A stretch of 62,266 bases of DNA from Nanobdellota archaeon (GTDB lineage Archaea; Nanobdellota; Nanobdellia; Woesearchaeales; UBA583). The stretch is from positions 1 to 62,266 of the forward strand of contig JAIUMM010000005.1 in NCBI GenBank assembly GCA_022565615.1, written 5' to 3'. Both the position numbers and the translations under genes were made by a program. The notes under the pieces are model-generated. The model was not told the origin of the DNA and made no database searches. It was given only the letters and a program-made list of their open reading frames with translations. This document shows, one piece after another, positions 18,736-28,402 of the stretch; position 1 is the first letter of the stretch, and each line of letters opens with the position of its first letter.

Positions 18736-20163
18736 ATGACAATATTACCATATATTCACAGTTATGATATTAGAGGAGTATATTCAAAACATTTTTCAAA
18801 AGAAGTTATTGAAAATTTAGCAAGAGGAGTTGTAAGTGAATTTTTACCCAAAAAATTAATTATTGGGTATGATATGAGAGAATCGTCACCTGATTTTTTT
18901 GAATTTTTTTCAAATCAATGTGTAAAAATGGGAGTTGAAGTAATTTCAATTGGACTTGCTTCAACACCTCAGTTATATTTTGCAACATGTATTCATGATT
19001 GTGATTTAGGAATTATTATTACAGCATCACACAATCCAAAAGAGTATAATGGGATGAAATTATGTAAAAAAAATGCATATCCAATTGCATATGATACAGG
19101 ACTTGATAAAGTTGAGAGGAGAATTGTTGATAAAGATTTTATTTCAAACATTGATAAAAATAACTCAAAAGGTTCAATTAAAGAAATTTCAATAATTAAA
19201 GAATATAATTCTTCTATTTTATTATATTTGTCTAAAATTAATGATAAACCTAGACAAACACCTATTAAAATAGCAGTTGATTATGCAAATGCTATTGGAT
19301 GTTTTTCAAATAAACCTGTACTTGAGCAATTAGAAAAAGATGGATTTATTGAGTGTATTCATATATTTGATGAACTTGATGGAACATTTCCAAATCATGA
19401 AGCAAATCCTATTAAAGAGGAGAATTTAGAAGAGTTGAAAAGAATAGTTGTAGAAGAGAAGTGTGATTTTGGAGTAAGTTTTGATGGAGATTCAGATAGA
19501 GTTGGATTTGTAGATGAGAGAGGGAATTATATTGCTCCTGATGTGATGGGATGTTTTATGGTGAATCATTTAAATAGACACGATGATACATTTAAGACAT
19601 TTTGTTATGATTTACGCTCTACAAGAAATTTAACTAAACTTGGTGATGTAATTAGTAAAGAATATTTTCAAACAAGAGTTGGACATTCACATATAAAAAA
19701 GAAAATGCATGAAGTTGATGCTCAATTTGCATGTGAATTATCTGGACATTTTTATTTTGAAGAGAGTGGTTCTAAATATGATGATGCTCTTAGAGCATTA
19801 ATTGAGAGTATTTGTGCAATTTCGTATTATGAAAAACCTTTGAGTGAAGTAGTTGAAGTATTTAATCCTAAATTTAAAAGTGCTGAGATTAATTTTACAG
19901 TTAAAGATGCTGATTTAGAGATGGAAGAATCTAAACATTGGTTTTTAGAACTAATTGATACATCAAAGGAGGAGTTAGCTATTTCTTATTTAGATGGAGT
20001 ATTAATTGAACATGATACTTTTTGGGTAAATATTAGGAAATCAAATACTGAACCTTTACTTAGAGTTAATTACGAAGTTATTGAAAAAGAAGGAGTAAGT
20101 TTAGATGAAGAGCAAAAATTATTTGAAAAAATTACTTCAATTATTAACAAAAATTTAAAATAA
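18736..20163 (+). CDS. Phosphomannomutase/phosphoglucomutase
   Basis: YDIRG, ITASHNPKEYNGMK, FPNHEANP, DGDSDR, CELSGHFYF, RKSNTEPLLR. Confidence 0.9.
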   Translation: MTILPYIHSYDIRGVYSKHFSKEVIENLARGVVSEFLPKKLIIGYDMRESSPDFFEFFSNQCVKMGVEVISIGLASTPQLYFATCIHDCDLGIIITASHNPKEYNGMKLCKKNAYPIAYDTGLDKVERRIVDKDFISNIDKNNSKGSIKEISIIKEYNSSILLYLSKINDKPRQTPIKIAVDYANAIGCFSNKPVLEQLEKDGFIECIHIFDELDGTFPNHEANPIKEENLEELKRIVVEEKCDFGVSFDGDSDRVGFVDERGNYIAPDVMGCFMVNHLNRHDDTFKTFCYDLRSTRNLTKLGDVISKEYFQTRVGHSHIKKKMHEVDAQFACELSGHFYFEESGSKYDDALRALIESICAISYYEKPLSEVVEVFNPKFKSAEINFTVKDADLEMEESKHWFLELIDTSKEELAISYLDGVLIEHDTFWVNIRKSNTEPLLRVNYEVIEKEGVSLDEEQKLFEKITSIINKNLK

Positions 20164-20175
20164 TTTCAAATTCTC

Positions 20176-20213
20176 ATTTTTTATTTTTATTTTTATTTTT
20201 ATTTTTATTTTTT
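20176..20213 (+). repeat. (TTTTTA)n simple repeat, probable T-rich terminator region
   Basis: About six tandem TTTTTA units just after the PMM/PGM stop codon. Confidence 0.5.
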
Positions 20214-20276
20214 AAATATTGTTCAACTTTGTAATGAAAATAAACTATTAAAAATAGTATATATTTAGTAAAATTT

Positions 20277-20750
20277 ATGTTAGAAAAAGGAACTAAAGCA
20301 CCAGAATTTACAGTACAAGCTATAAAGTTAGGACAAGATGAAGCACAAGAAATTTCTCTTAAAGATTTTTTAGGAAAAAAAACTATAGTATATTTTTATC
20401 CAAAAGATATGACTCCAGGGTGTTCTAATCAAGCACAAAATTTGCGAGATAACTTTGAAATTTTAGAGGAGAAAGGAATTGTAATTTTAGGAGTATCTTG
20501 TGATTCTATAACTTCACATAAAAAATTTGTTGAGAAGGAGAATTTACCTTTCTATTTAGTAAGTGATTCTACTAAAGAGATTGTAAAAGCATATGATGTT
20601 TATGGAGATAAAAGTTTTATGGGGAAATTATTTCAAGGAATTCACAGAACAACATATTTATTAGATGAAAATCATACTATTGTAGGAGTGATTGAAAAAC
20701 CAAAAGTAAAAGAACATGCACAAGAAATCTTGGAGATGTATAAACTGTAA
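20277..20750 (+). CDS. bcp: Peroxiredoxin, BCP/PrxQ type
   Basis: VYFYPKDMTPGCSNQA, GVSCDS, SHKKF, RTTYLLD. Confidence 0.9.
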   Translation: MLEKGTKAPEFTVQAIKLGQDEAQEISLKDFLGKKTIVYFYPKDMTPGCSNQAQNLRDNFEILEEKGIVILGVSCDSITSHKKFVEKENLPFYLVSDSTKEIVKAYDVYGDKSFMGKLFQGIHRTTYLLDENHTIVGVIEKPKVKEHAQEILEMYKL

Positions 20751-20956
20751 AGCAATTTTTTTAAATTTATTTTTTTAATCATTTATATGATTAATTTTAC
20801 AAATTTTTAATTTAATTGTTTCTCTAATGAATTTATGAAAGTTATTAGACTCATACATTTTAAGAGATAGCTTTATTGAATTCAATTTTTGTATTTAAGA
20901 AATGTCTAAATTTTAATTGAAATGAGCAGATATTTTAAAAAAAGAAAAATTATGTT

Positions 20957-22471
20957 TTATTTAAAAATAGGTTTAGGATCACCAAATGAAGTTTGATTTG
21001 GAAATTCATCAAATATTTTTTGTGCATATGGATATAAACCTGAATGGAATAATATTGCTCTATGTTCTGAATTTTCTAAAAGCCATTTTCTAAGTGAAGT
21101 ATAATCATATTGGGTCCAAATTCTAACTCCAATTATTTTAGAGTTCATTAAGTTTGCTTGTTCAATAATTAAATTTGTTTGATTAGAGCTCGTAGTGATG
21201 TATGTAGTATGTAATGGAACAATTTTTTCTAATTCTTCAAAATATCTCTTAGGTGAATCATAATACTGCCCAGGATAAGATTCATAATTATCTTGAACAA
21301 CAATTAATTCATTTTTATCAAATTCGATAGATTGGTTACCAATTACGTTATTTCTAATTGGTGCAGTTCCTATTAAAATACCTGTTCCTTGATAATTAAT
21401 AGTATTTCCAATAAATCTATCTGCAGGGAAAAAAGAATCAATTCCTCTCTCTGCTAAATATTGAGCAGCAGCCATTTTATCAATATAATCACCACAAGCA
21501 ATAACTAAAGAAACATTATTTTCAATGGCTTGAGAAACTATTGAAGAAATTCCATGAGTATCAATAATTAAACAAATATTACCATAACATTTATTTGTAG
21601 GATAATTAACTTTATCGGGTAAAACTTCAAATCTAAAAATACCTTTTTCATCTGGAGCATACCATTTTCCTTTTGATTTAATAACTATTGTTGATGTTAA
21701 AGGTATTACTGTTGAAGAAGTTCCATTTATTGCTTTTAGAAGATTATCTCCTTCTCCATAAGGAATAATTTGTTCATATTGAGAAGGGTAAACATTAATT
21801 GTATTTGATGCCCAATCTCTTATAATTCTTTCAATTTGTGTCCCAATTATGGTATTATTATTTACTTCAATATAACTTTCTCCAATTATAATGGTTTGAA
21901 AATCCTCAGGTATGTTTATTTCTTGTTTTTTTATGTTATAAGGTTCAAATTGAAATTTTTCTTCATTGATTAAACTATGATAAATATTTTGTTTACTCTT
22001 GGATGAACTATTTAATAATAATGATTCATAGATTTTGTAATCTTTTTCACATTCTAATGAAACGAAATATAAAATTTCATATATTAAATTAGGATCATCA
22101 AATTCGTATAATGCTTTTTCATAATATTTTAGAGAATTACATTTTCGAGTTAAATTTTCAGTTACTTTTCCCAAAAAATATTCTCTCTCACCTAATGTGA
22201 AATTACTATTAATGTTATCATATAAAACATAGTAGTAATCATACCATTCAATTAAATATTCTTTAATTTCTTCATCATAACTATTCCAAATAGATTTAAA
22301 GTTATGTTCAGTTTTATTTTCTATAAATTTATCTTCCCAAATATTGTCTAAATTATTTGTTTGTGTAGGTATATTATTATTGAATGAAAATAATATTATC
22401 AAACTTGTAATTAAAATTAAACTTGATAACATTATGAGAAAAATTGTAATACCTTTTATTTTATTTTCCAT
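20957..22471 (-). CDS. Hypothetical exported or membrane-anchored protein
   Basis: N-terminal hydrophobic helix; 504-aa ORF; no family recognised. Confidence 0.7.
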   Translation of the reverse strand: MENKIKGITIFLIMLSSLILITSLIILFSFNNNIPTQTNNLDNIWEDKFIENKTEHNFKSIWNSYDEEIKEYLIEWYDYYYVLYDNINSNFTLGEREYFLGKVTENLTRKCNSLKYYEKALYEFDDPNLIYEILYFVSLECEKDYKIYESLLLNSSSKSKQNIYHSLINEEKFQFEPYNIKKQEINIPEDFQTIIIGESYIEVNNNTIIGTQIERIIRDWASNTINVYPSQYEQIIPYGEGDNLLKAINGTSSTVIPLTSTIVIKSKGKWYAPDEKGIFRFEVLPDKVNYPTNKCYGNICLIIDTHGISSIVSQAIENNVSLVIACGDYIDKMAAAQYLAERGIDSFFPADRFIGNTINYQGTGILIGTAPIRNNVIGNQSIEFDKNELIVVQDNYESYPGQYYDSPKRYFEELEKIVPLHTTYITTSSNQTNLIIEQANLMNSKIIGVRIWTQYDYTSLRKWLLENSEHRAILFHSGLYPYAQKIFDEFPNQTSFGDPKPIFK

Positions 22472-22516
22472 TTTTAATATTAAGTTAATTCAAAGGACAT
22501 ATATAACTTTTTGTTA

Positions 22517-22882
22517 TTAAACTCTGTAAGAGAGTTTTTCTTTTTCCATATAATCATTTATAATTCTAGGAATATTTCTACTTGTTGTTAGAGGAGTTAT
22601 GTAATGAGTATCATTTCCAAAACCATCTCCTTTTTTATGATATAATCCTAATACTAAACCATCTTCTTGATGACAAGCAATTTTTCCAATTATTGGTATT
22701 TCTAAAATTTTAATCATATCTTCTAATGATTTAAATTCATTTTCTCCAATTTTTTTTCTTAAAATTTCTTTTGATTCTCTAAATGCATTTGCTTCACGTC
22801 TAATTGCACTTTCAATAGTTCCAACTCCTCCAGATTTTTGAATTATTTTTCTAAATCTAGGGTCTGTAAATTTTTTAGTCAT
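22517..22882 (-). CDS. Hypothetical protein
   Basis: 121-aa ORF with an upstream TATA-like box. Confidence 0.6.
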   Translation of the reverse strand: MTKKFTDPRFRKIIQKSGGVGTIESAIRREANAFRESKEILRKKIGENEFKSLEDMIKILEIPIIGKIACHQEDGLVLGLYHKKGDGFGNDTHYITPLTTSRNIPRIINDYMEKEKLSYRV

Positions 22883-22912
22883 AATTACTATATAGTTTTA
22901 AAATTTAAATAA

Positions 22913-23485
22913 TTATGTTTTTAAAGTTCTCTTCTTCCAACATCCTTGAAAATGGTCATCAATTACACCAACTGCTTGTAAATAAGAGTATATTATTACA
23001 CTACCTACAAACTTCATTCCTCTTTTTTGTAAATCTTTTGAAATCATATCGGACAATTCACTTCTTGAAGGGACCTCATCAATAAACTCCCAATTGTTTA
23101 CAACTTGTGTATTATTTACAAATCCCCATAAATACGTAGAGAAACTTCCAAATTCTTTTTGAATTTGAATAAATATTTGAGCATTTGTAATTGCATATTT
23201 GATTTTTAATCTATTTTTTACAATTCCTGAATCTTGACATAATTCTTCAAATTTATGTGTGTCATATTTAGCAATTTTTTTATAATTAAAATTATCAAAT
23301 GCTTTTCTATACCCTTCACGTTTATTTAAAATTAATTCCCAACTGAGTCCTGCGTGAGCTGACTCTAAAAGAAGCATTTCAAATAATTTTGTATCATCAT
23401 CATAAATAGGAACTCCCCACTCTTTATCATGGTATTTTGAATACATTTTACTATGAGATCCAAAACAACGAACTTTTTTATCCAT
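22913..23485 (-). CDS. tag: DNA-3-methyladenine glycosylase I
   Basis: RC...YHDKEWGVP, LFEMLLLES, AGLSWELIL, RGMKFVG, GVIDDH...C. Confidence 0.95.
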   Translation of the reverse strand: MDKKVRCFGSHSKMYSKYHDKEWGVPIYDDDTKLFEMLLLESAHAGLSWELILNKREGYRKAFDNFNYKKIAKYDTHKFEELCQDSGIVKNRLKIKYAITNAQIFIQIQKEFGSFSTYLWGFVNNTQVVNNWEFIDEVPSRSELSDMISKDLQKRGMKFVGSVIIYSYLQAVGVIDDHFQGCWKKRTLKT

Positions 23486-23632
23486 ACTATAATTATGAAT
23501 TATCTATTTAAAAACAATTTGAAATAATATTTATAAGTAATTATAAATATTTTAAGATGTTTTTTTAATTGACAATTAAAAGTATAATTAAAATTAAAAC
23601 TAGAAGAGAGAAAAGAAAATTCTATAAAAATT

Positions 23633-24586
23633 CTATAAAATTAATAATGTTGCAATATAAAAATAAATTAAAACACTTAGTATATCTTGAATAATTGTTG
23701 TAAAAGGTCCACTTCCAATTGCTGGGTCTTTATCTAATTTCATAAGTATAAATGGAATAAGTAATGCAAATACTGTTGCTAGAATAATTGAGCAAAATAC
23801 AGCAAGACCTACAATAACACCTAGTAACTGTGAATCCCAAATTATTGATGAAATTATCATAATAACTATCCAACATGCAATTGCAATTAAAAATGAAATT
23901 AATATTTGTTTAATACTATATTTTAACATTGGGACTTCATTATGAATAGCTAAACTACGAATGTATAGTGTTTGAGTCTGTGAACCTACTGCATTTGCAA
24001 TATATGCAACTAGTGGAATAAATGCTGCAATCATTAATTCTTCTTGCAAAACACTCTCAAAACTTCCAATAATTTGTGCTGCAAAAAGACCACCTATAAG
24101 ACCCACAATAATCCATGGTACTCTAAGTGTAAAATTTTTCCAAATTGAGAGGTCTTTAATTTTATCAACATATTCAGGGTTAATTCCTTCTAGATATAAG
24201 AAATCCTCTTGGTTTTCCTTATAAAGAATATGAAGAATAGTTTCACTTTTAACTACTCCAATTAATTTATTTTTTTTATTAACAATAGGTACTGATTTAA
24301 TATTATTATTTATTGCTAAATATGCGATTTTTTCGGGGTCAGTATGTTTGTGAGCTTTAACTATTTTTTTAATACTATGATCTTTTATAAGAGAATCTGA
24401 AGTAATACTAAACATTTCATGACTTGAGATTACTCCCTCTAAAGTTTCATCTTTATTTAATACATAGATATAGTCAATAGTGTCATAATCTCTTATCTTG
24501 TCAAATAAATATTTTTTAATATCACTAATTTTTTCATTTGAATAACAAATAGGGATATTTTTAGAAATTTTTAACTTTTTTTGCAT
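23633..24586 (-). CDS. mgtE: Magnesium transporter MgtE (CBS pair plus membrane domain, short form)
   Basis: CBS-like N-terminus, RVPWIIVGL, GSQTQT, DPAIGSGPFTTIIQD. Confidence 0.85.
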   Translation of the reverse strand: MQKKLKISKNIPICYSNEKISDIKKYLFDKIRDYDTIDYIYVLNKDETLEGVISSHEMFSITSDSLIKDHSIKKIVKAHKHTDPEKIAYLAINNNIKSVPIVNKKNKLIGVVKSETILHILYKENQEDFLYLEGINPEYVDKIKDLSIWKNFTLRVPWIIVGLIGGLFAAQIIGSFESVLQEELMIAAFIPLVAYIANAVGSQTQTLYIRSLAIHNEVPMLKYSIKQILISFLIAIACWIVIMIISSIIWDSQLLGVIVGLAVFCSIILATVFALLIPFILMKLDKDPAIGSGPFTTIIQDILSVLIYFYIATLLIL

Positions 24587-24776
24587 TCTTTATTTGAAAA
24601 AATAACTATTGTATATAAACATTATTAACTTTGAAAATAATTAAATATTTATATTTTTTAAAAAACATACTCAATTTGAATATTAATTATTAATTTAAAT
24701 TAAACTAAGATTTAAAAAGAACTATTTTTTATCTTTACTATATAAGAATTTTAATTATTCTACTATGTTATAAAAA

Positions 24777-25901
24777 ATGGCTAATGAAGTATTACAAGCA
24801 AAAATTGAAGAACTCGAGTTAGAGCTTAAAAATACTAAAGTTAATAAAAGAACTGAAGCAGCTGTTGGTCAATTAAAAGGTAAAATTGCTAAATTAAAAG
24901 AAGAACTTGAAGCAAAATCAGGAGGAGGAAGTAGAGGAGAAGGATTTGCAGTAAAAAAAGAAGGGGATGCAACAGTTGGACTTTTAGGAAAACCAAGTGT
25001 TGGAAAATCTACTCTTCTTGGAAAAGTAACTAATAAAGAGAGTAAAATTGGAGCGTACGAGTTTACAACTCTTGATTGTGTGCCTGGACTTTTACACTTT
25101 AAACATACAAATTTACAAATTTTAGACTTACCAGGAATTATTGATAAAGCAGCTGACAATAGAGGATTTGGAAAAAAAGTATTAAGTGTTGTAAGAGCAT
25201 GTGATTTAGTTGTGTTAGTAATTGATGCAAGAAGACCTATTGAAGATATAGAGATGTTATTAAGAGAAACTGAAAATTCACAAATTAAATTTAATCAAGA
25301 TCCTCCAAATATTCAAGTGAGAAGAATGTCACATGGGGCAGTAAATATTCCTCTTAATAATTCTTCAGACAATTTACCAAATGAAATGGTTGCAGAAGTT
25401 TTAAAGGGAATGGGATATGTTAATGCAGAAGTAATTATTCATGAAAAAGATGCAACAGTTGATGATGTTATTGAAGCATGTTATTCTAATATTGTGTATA
25501 AAAAAGCAGTATTGTGTATAAATAAAATTGATTTGTTTTCAGTTGAAGAATTGAAGAAGATAAGAGATGAGATTCAAGAGAAATATCCTCAGTTTGAATT
25601 ATTTGGAATTTCAGCAGAAGCAGAAGTTAATATTGAAAAATTTAAAGATTTTATTTGGGATCAGTTAGGATTTATGTGGGTGTATTTAAAAGAACAAAGA
25701 AAAGATCCAGATTTAGAAAAACCTTTAGTTGTCCATCAAGGAGATACTATTAAAGATGTGTGTGAGAAAATACATAAAGACTTACTTAAAAAATTTAGAT
25801 ATGCTAAAATTAAAGGGAGAAGTGCTAAATTTGATTGGCAAAGAGTAGGACTTGAACATAAAGTGGAGGATAGAGATATAGTTGAAATCTATGCTAGATA
25901 G
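24777..25901 (+). CDS. drg: DRG-family (OBG superfamily) GTPase with TGS domain
   Basis: GKPSVGKST, YEFTTL, DLPGII, NKID, C-terminal TGS (QRVGLEHKVEDRDIVEI). Confidence 0.9.
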   Translation: MANEVLQAKIEELELELKNTKVNKRTEAAVGQLKGKIAKLKEELEAKSGGGSRGEGFAVKKEGDATVGLLGKPSVGKSTLLGKVTNKESKIGAYEFTTLDCVPGLLHFKHTNLQILDLPGIIDKAADNRGFGKKVLSVVRACDLVVLVIDARRPIEDIEMLLRETENSQIKFNQDPPNIQVRRMSHGAVNIPLNNSSDNLPNEMVAEVLKGMGYVNAEVIIHEKDATVDDVIEACYSNIVYKKAVLCINKIDLFSVEELKKIRDEIQEKYPQFELFGISAEAEVNIEKFKDFIWDQLGFMWVYLKEQRKDPDLEKPLVVHQGDTIKDVCEKIHKDLLKKFRYAKIKGRSAKFDWQRVGLEHKVEDRDIVEIYAR

Positions 25902-25909
25902 ATTTCAAC
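25881..25909. other. Perfect 12-bp inverted repeat spanning the drg stop codon
   Basis: GTTGAAATCTAT-gctag-ATAGATTTCAAC. Confidence 0.85.
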
Positions 25910-25950
25910 AGACAAGAACGCATGAAGTAAGTGTCTCGTATAGTTGAAAT
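25902..25950. repeat. 49-bp repeat, copy 1 (TTTCAAC...GTTGAAA ends)
   Basis: 41/49 identical to 26014..26062. Confidence 0.85.
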
Positions 25951-26013
25951 ATACGCTCGTTGAGCACCGTATGCTCAAAAATAGAATATTTTTGTTATTT
26001 GTCCTAGAGATAA

Positions 26014-26062
26014 GTTTCAACAGAAAATAACACATAGAGTAAGTGTTTTGTATAGTTGAAAT
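26014..26062. repeat. 49-bp repeat, copy 2
   Basis: 41/49 identical to 25902..25950; 63 bp lie between the copies. Confidence 0.85.
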
Positions 26063-26199
26063 CTATATTTAATAAAACGTATAATTCTCGAAAATTTTTG
26101 ATTTTTATTGTTTCTACCATAAGAAAAAATTAAATAATAATATATTTATTTAATAGAGATATCCGTTTATACATTGAAATTTATTTAGTGTATAGTCGG

Positions 26200-27114
26200 G
26201 TAGCATATGCTACTAGTTAAAAATTATATATTTTTATTGAATCTATGGAGATTCACAAACTAAGAATAGAATTTTTAAGATTAAAATGTAAATACTCTTA
26301 TTCAAAGAGTCAAATATTGATGAAAGAAAAATTTGATAGATATATACATATTTCTACATTGAAACGTTGGTATAAACGTTTTTCGAAAGAATAAAATTGG
26401 GACTTTAGATTTATCTCTAAAATCCCAAATAAGATTTATTACAAAGTTACTCAAGAATTAGAAGCTCAAATCGTTAGTTTTCGTAAGAAAACTGGATATG
26501 GAGCTTTAAAAATCAAACAATGTTTAAATCTTGATATTCATCAAGATACTGTTAATCAGGTTCTTAAAAGAAATAATCTTACTAGGATTGAGCATAATCG
26601 TTCATCTCGTGCTAAATATGTTCGTTTTGAACGTAAACATGCTAATTCTCTTTGGCATATTGATTATAGTGAATTTGGTAAAGAAGGTAAAATTATAGCA
26701 GTTTTTGATGATGCAACTCGATATTGTCTTGGAATTTTACATGTAAGAACTGTTACAACTCTTGTTGTAATTCAATTTTTAGATGAATTAATACAAATAT
26801 TTGAAATTCCAACTCAAATTATTAGTGATAATGGAAGTCCATATGGACTTAAAAGTAAATATTCCAAATTTGATATTTGGTGTAGAAGAAGAGGCATTGA
26901 GCATATTAGAATAAGAGTTAAAAGACCTCAGACAAATGGTAAAGTTGAGAGATTATTTGGTTCAATTTATAAAGAAATTGAATTTTGTAATAATGATTTA
27001 GAACAATTTAGAATGAGATATAATCATTTTAGACCTCATCATAGTTTAAAAAATAAAACTCCAGCAGAAGAATTTTACAATTTTCAAAGAAAATTGAGAT
27101 GATGACATATGTCA
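26200..27114 (+). mobile_element. IS481-family insertion sequence, defective
   Basis: DDE transposase frame flanked by palindromes GTAGCATATGCTAC (26200-26213) and TGACATATGTCA (27103-27114). The element ends are inferred. Confidence 0.7.
26245..27102 (+). pseudogene. IS481-family (rve/DDE) transposase with a premature stop; not in the ORF track
   Basis: My translation: MEIHKLR...STLKRWYKRFSKE*NWDF...RFERKHANSLWHIDY...DDATRY...ISDNGSPY...PQTNGKVER...YNHFRPHHSLKNKTPAE...LR*; in-frame TAA at 26392-26394. Confidence 0.9.
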
Positions 27115-27163
27115 CCTGCTTTCACATATATATTTTTTTATAGATAAATTTAAATAAGAAATA

Positions 27164-28381
27164 ATGAGTTTATTTAATATGAATTTTAATTTAATTTTAC
27201 TTAAATCTGATAATATGTTTATTGGAATTAATTTTTTACTATATTTAGTTATCTCATCTATTATTTCATTTTTATCTATATACTTAAATTCATTTGGTTT
27301 AAGTGAGTCAGAGATAAGTTTTTTATTTATGATTTCAAATTTCATAACTTTATTTTTATTTATTATATTTCCAATAGTAATTATATTTTTTAATATTTAT
27401 AAAATATTTTTAGTTTCATTACTTGTATTTATAAGTAGTTTATTTTTGTTTCTTCAAAATAACTTAATTATAATATATTTTTCTTTATTCATATTTTTAA
27501 TTGGGAGAGTTTTAAGTAGAAATTCTTCAACATTAATTTTTAAAAATTTAGTTAATAGTTTTGATTTTAGTAAAATTCAAGGTTTATATTTTGTTTTTAT
27601 TAATTTATCGTGGATAATTTCTCCAGTTTTATTTGGTTTTATAATTAATTTATATGGGATAAATTTAATGTTTATTATATCAATTTTAATAATTATAATT
27701 TGTACTTTTTTGTTCACTTTAAATTTCAAATCTAAAATGATTACTGTCTCTGAGAATACTTTAAATATGAAAAATTTTAAAGAAATTGATTTGAATTTTT
27801 TTAAAATTGTAATACAAAAAAATTTTTTATTAATTTATATGACTTCTTTAGGTCCTTATATTTGGTTTATATTAACTTATGTATATATGCCTTTATTTAT
27901 TGTATTTAACTTTGAAGAGGTTTATTACGTTGGTTTATATATAGCCTTAATCAATATACTAAATTTAATTACTTCATATTATTTGATAAAATTTATTTCA
28001 TTCTTTTCAATAAAAAAATTATATGTATTAGGATATTTTTTCTCTTTTATAGGAACATTTTCTATATTTTTTATAAATCCTTTTTATACAATATTGATTA
28101 CTCTTATTATAAATATATTTGTAGGAGTTTTAGAACCTATTAATGAAATTATTTTTTTCAAATTATTTTCAGGAAATAATGCTAACCTATCATATTCAAT
28201 TTATAATTCCAGTTCAGAGGTTAGCAGTATAATTACTTTACTTTTAATTGGTTTAATATTAACTATTACTGAATTTTTTAATATAATATTCATTATAATT
28301 TCATTATTATTTTTTTTACTTTTTATATTAAGTCTAAAAATACCTTTATTATATGGCGATAATTCAACTAAAATTAGTTAA
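27164..28381 (+). CDS. MFS-type transporter (about 12 TM), extremely AT-rich
   Basis: 405 aa of alternating hydrophobic helices; YLNSFGLSESEIS and SWIISPVLFGFI resemble MFS motifs. Confidence 0.7.
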   Translation: MSLFNMNFNLILLKSDNMFIGINFLLYLVISSIISFLSIYLNSFGLSESEISFLFMISNFITLFLFIIFPIVIIFFNIYKIFLVSLLVFISSLFLFLQNNLIIIYFSLFIFLIGRVLSRNSSTLIFKNLVNSFDFSKIQGLYFVFINLSWIISPVLFGFIINLYGINLMFIISILIIIICTFLFTLNFKSKMITVSENTLNMKNFKEIDLNFFKIVIQKNFLLIYMTSLGPYIWFILTYVYMPLFIVFNFEEVYYVGLYIALINILNLITSYYLIKFISFFSIKKLYVLGYFFSFIGTFSIFFINPFYTILITLIINIFVGVLEPINEIIFFKLFSGNNANLSYSIYNSSSEVSSIITLLLIGLILTITEFFNIIFIIISLLFFLLFILSLKIPLLYGDNSTKIS

Positions 28382-28402
28382 TATTATTTTAAAAAATTAG
28401 AA

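Noticed and set aside
25902-26062. 49-bp repeats read as a CRISPR array (ends resemble GTTTCAA...TTGAAA repeats)
   Set aside because: Only two copies, 8 mismatches, a 63-bp gap and no cas genes in the window; better explained as gene-end duplication units.
25902-26062. 49-bp repeats read as integron attC sites
   Set aside because: The ends only approximate RYYYAAC/GTTRRRY, the unit is shorter than known attC sites, and there are no cassette ORFs between copies and no integron integrase.
26392-26394. In-frame stop as a sign of genetic-code reassignment
   Set aside because: TAA terminates most genes in the window normally; this is a single lesion in a mobile element.
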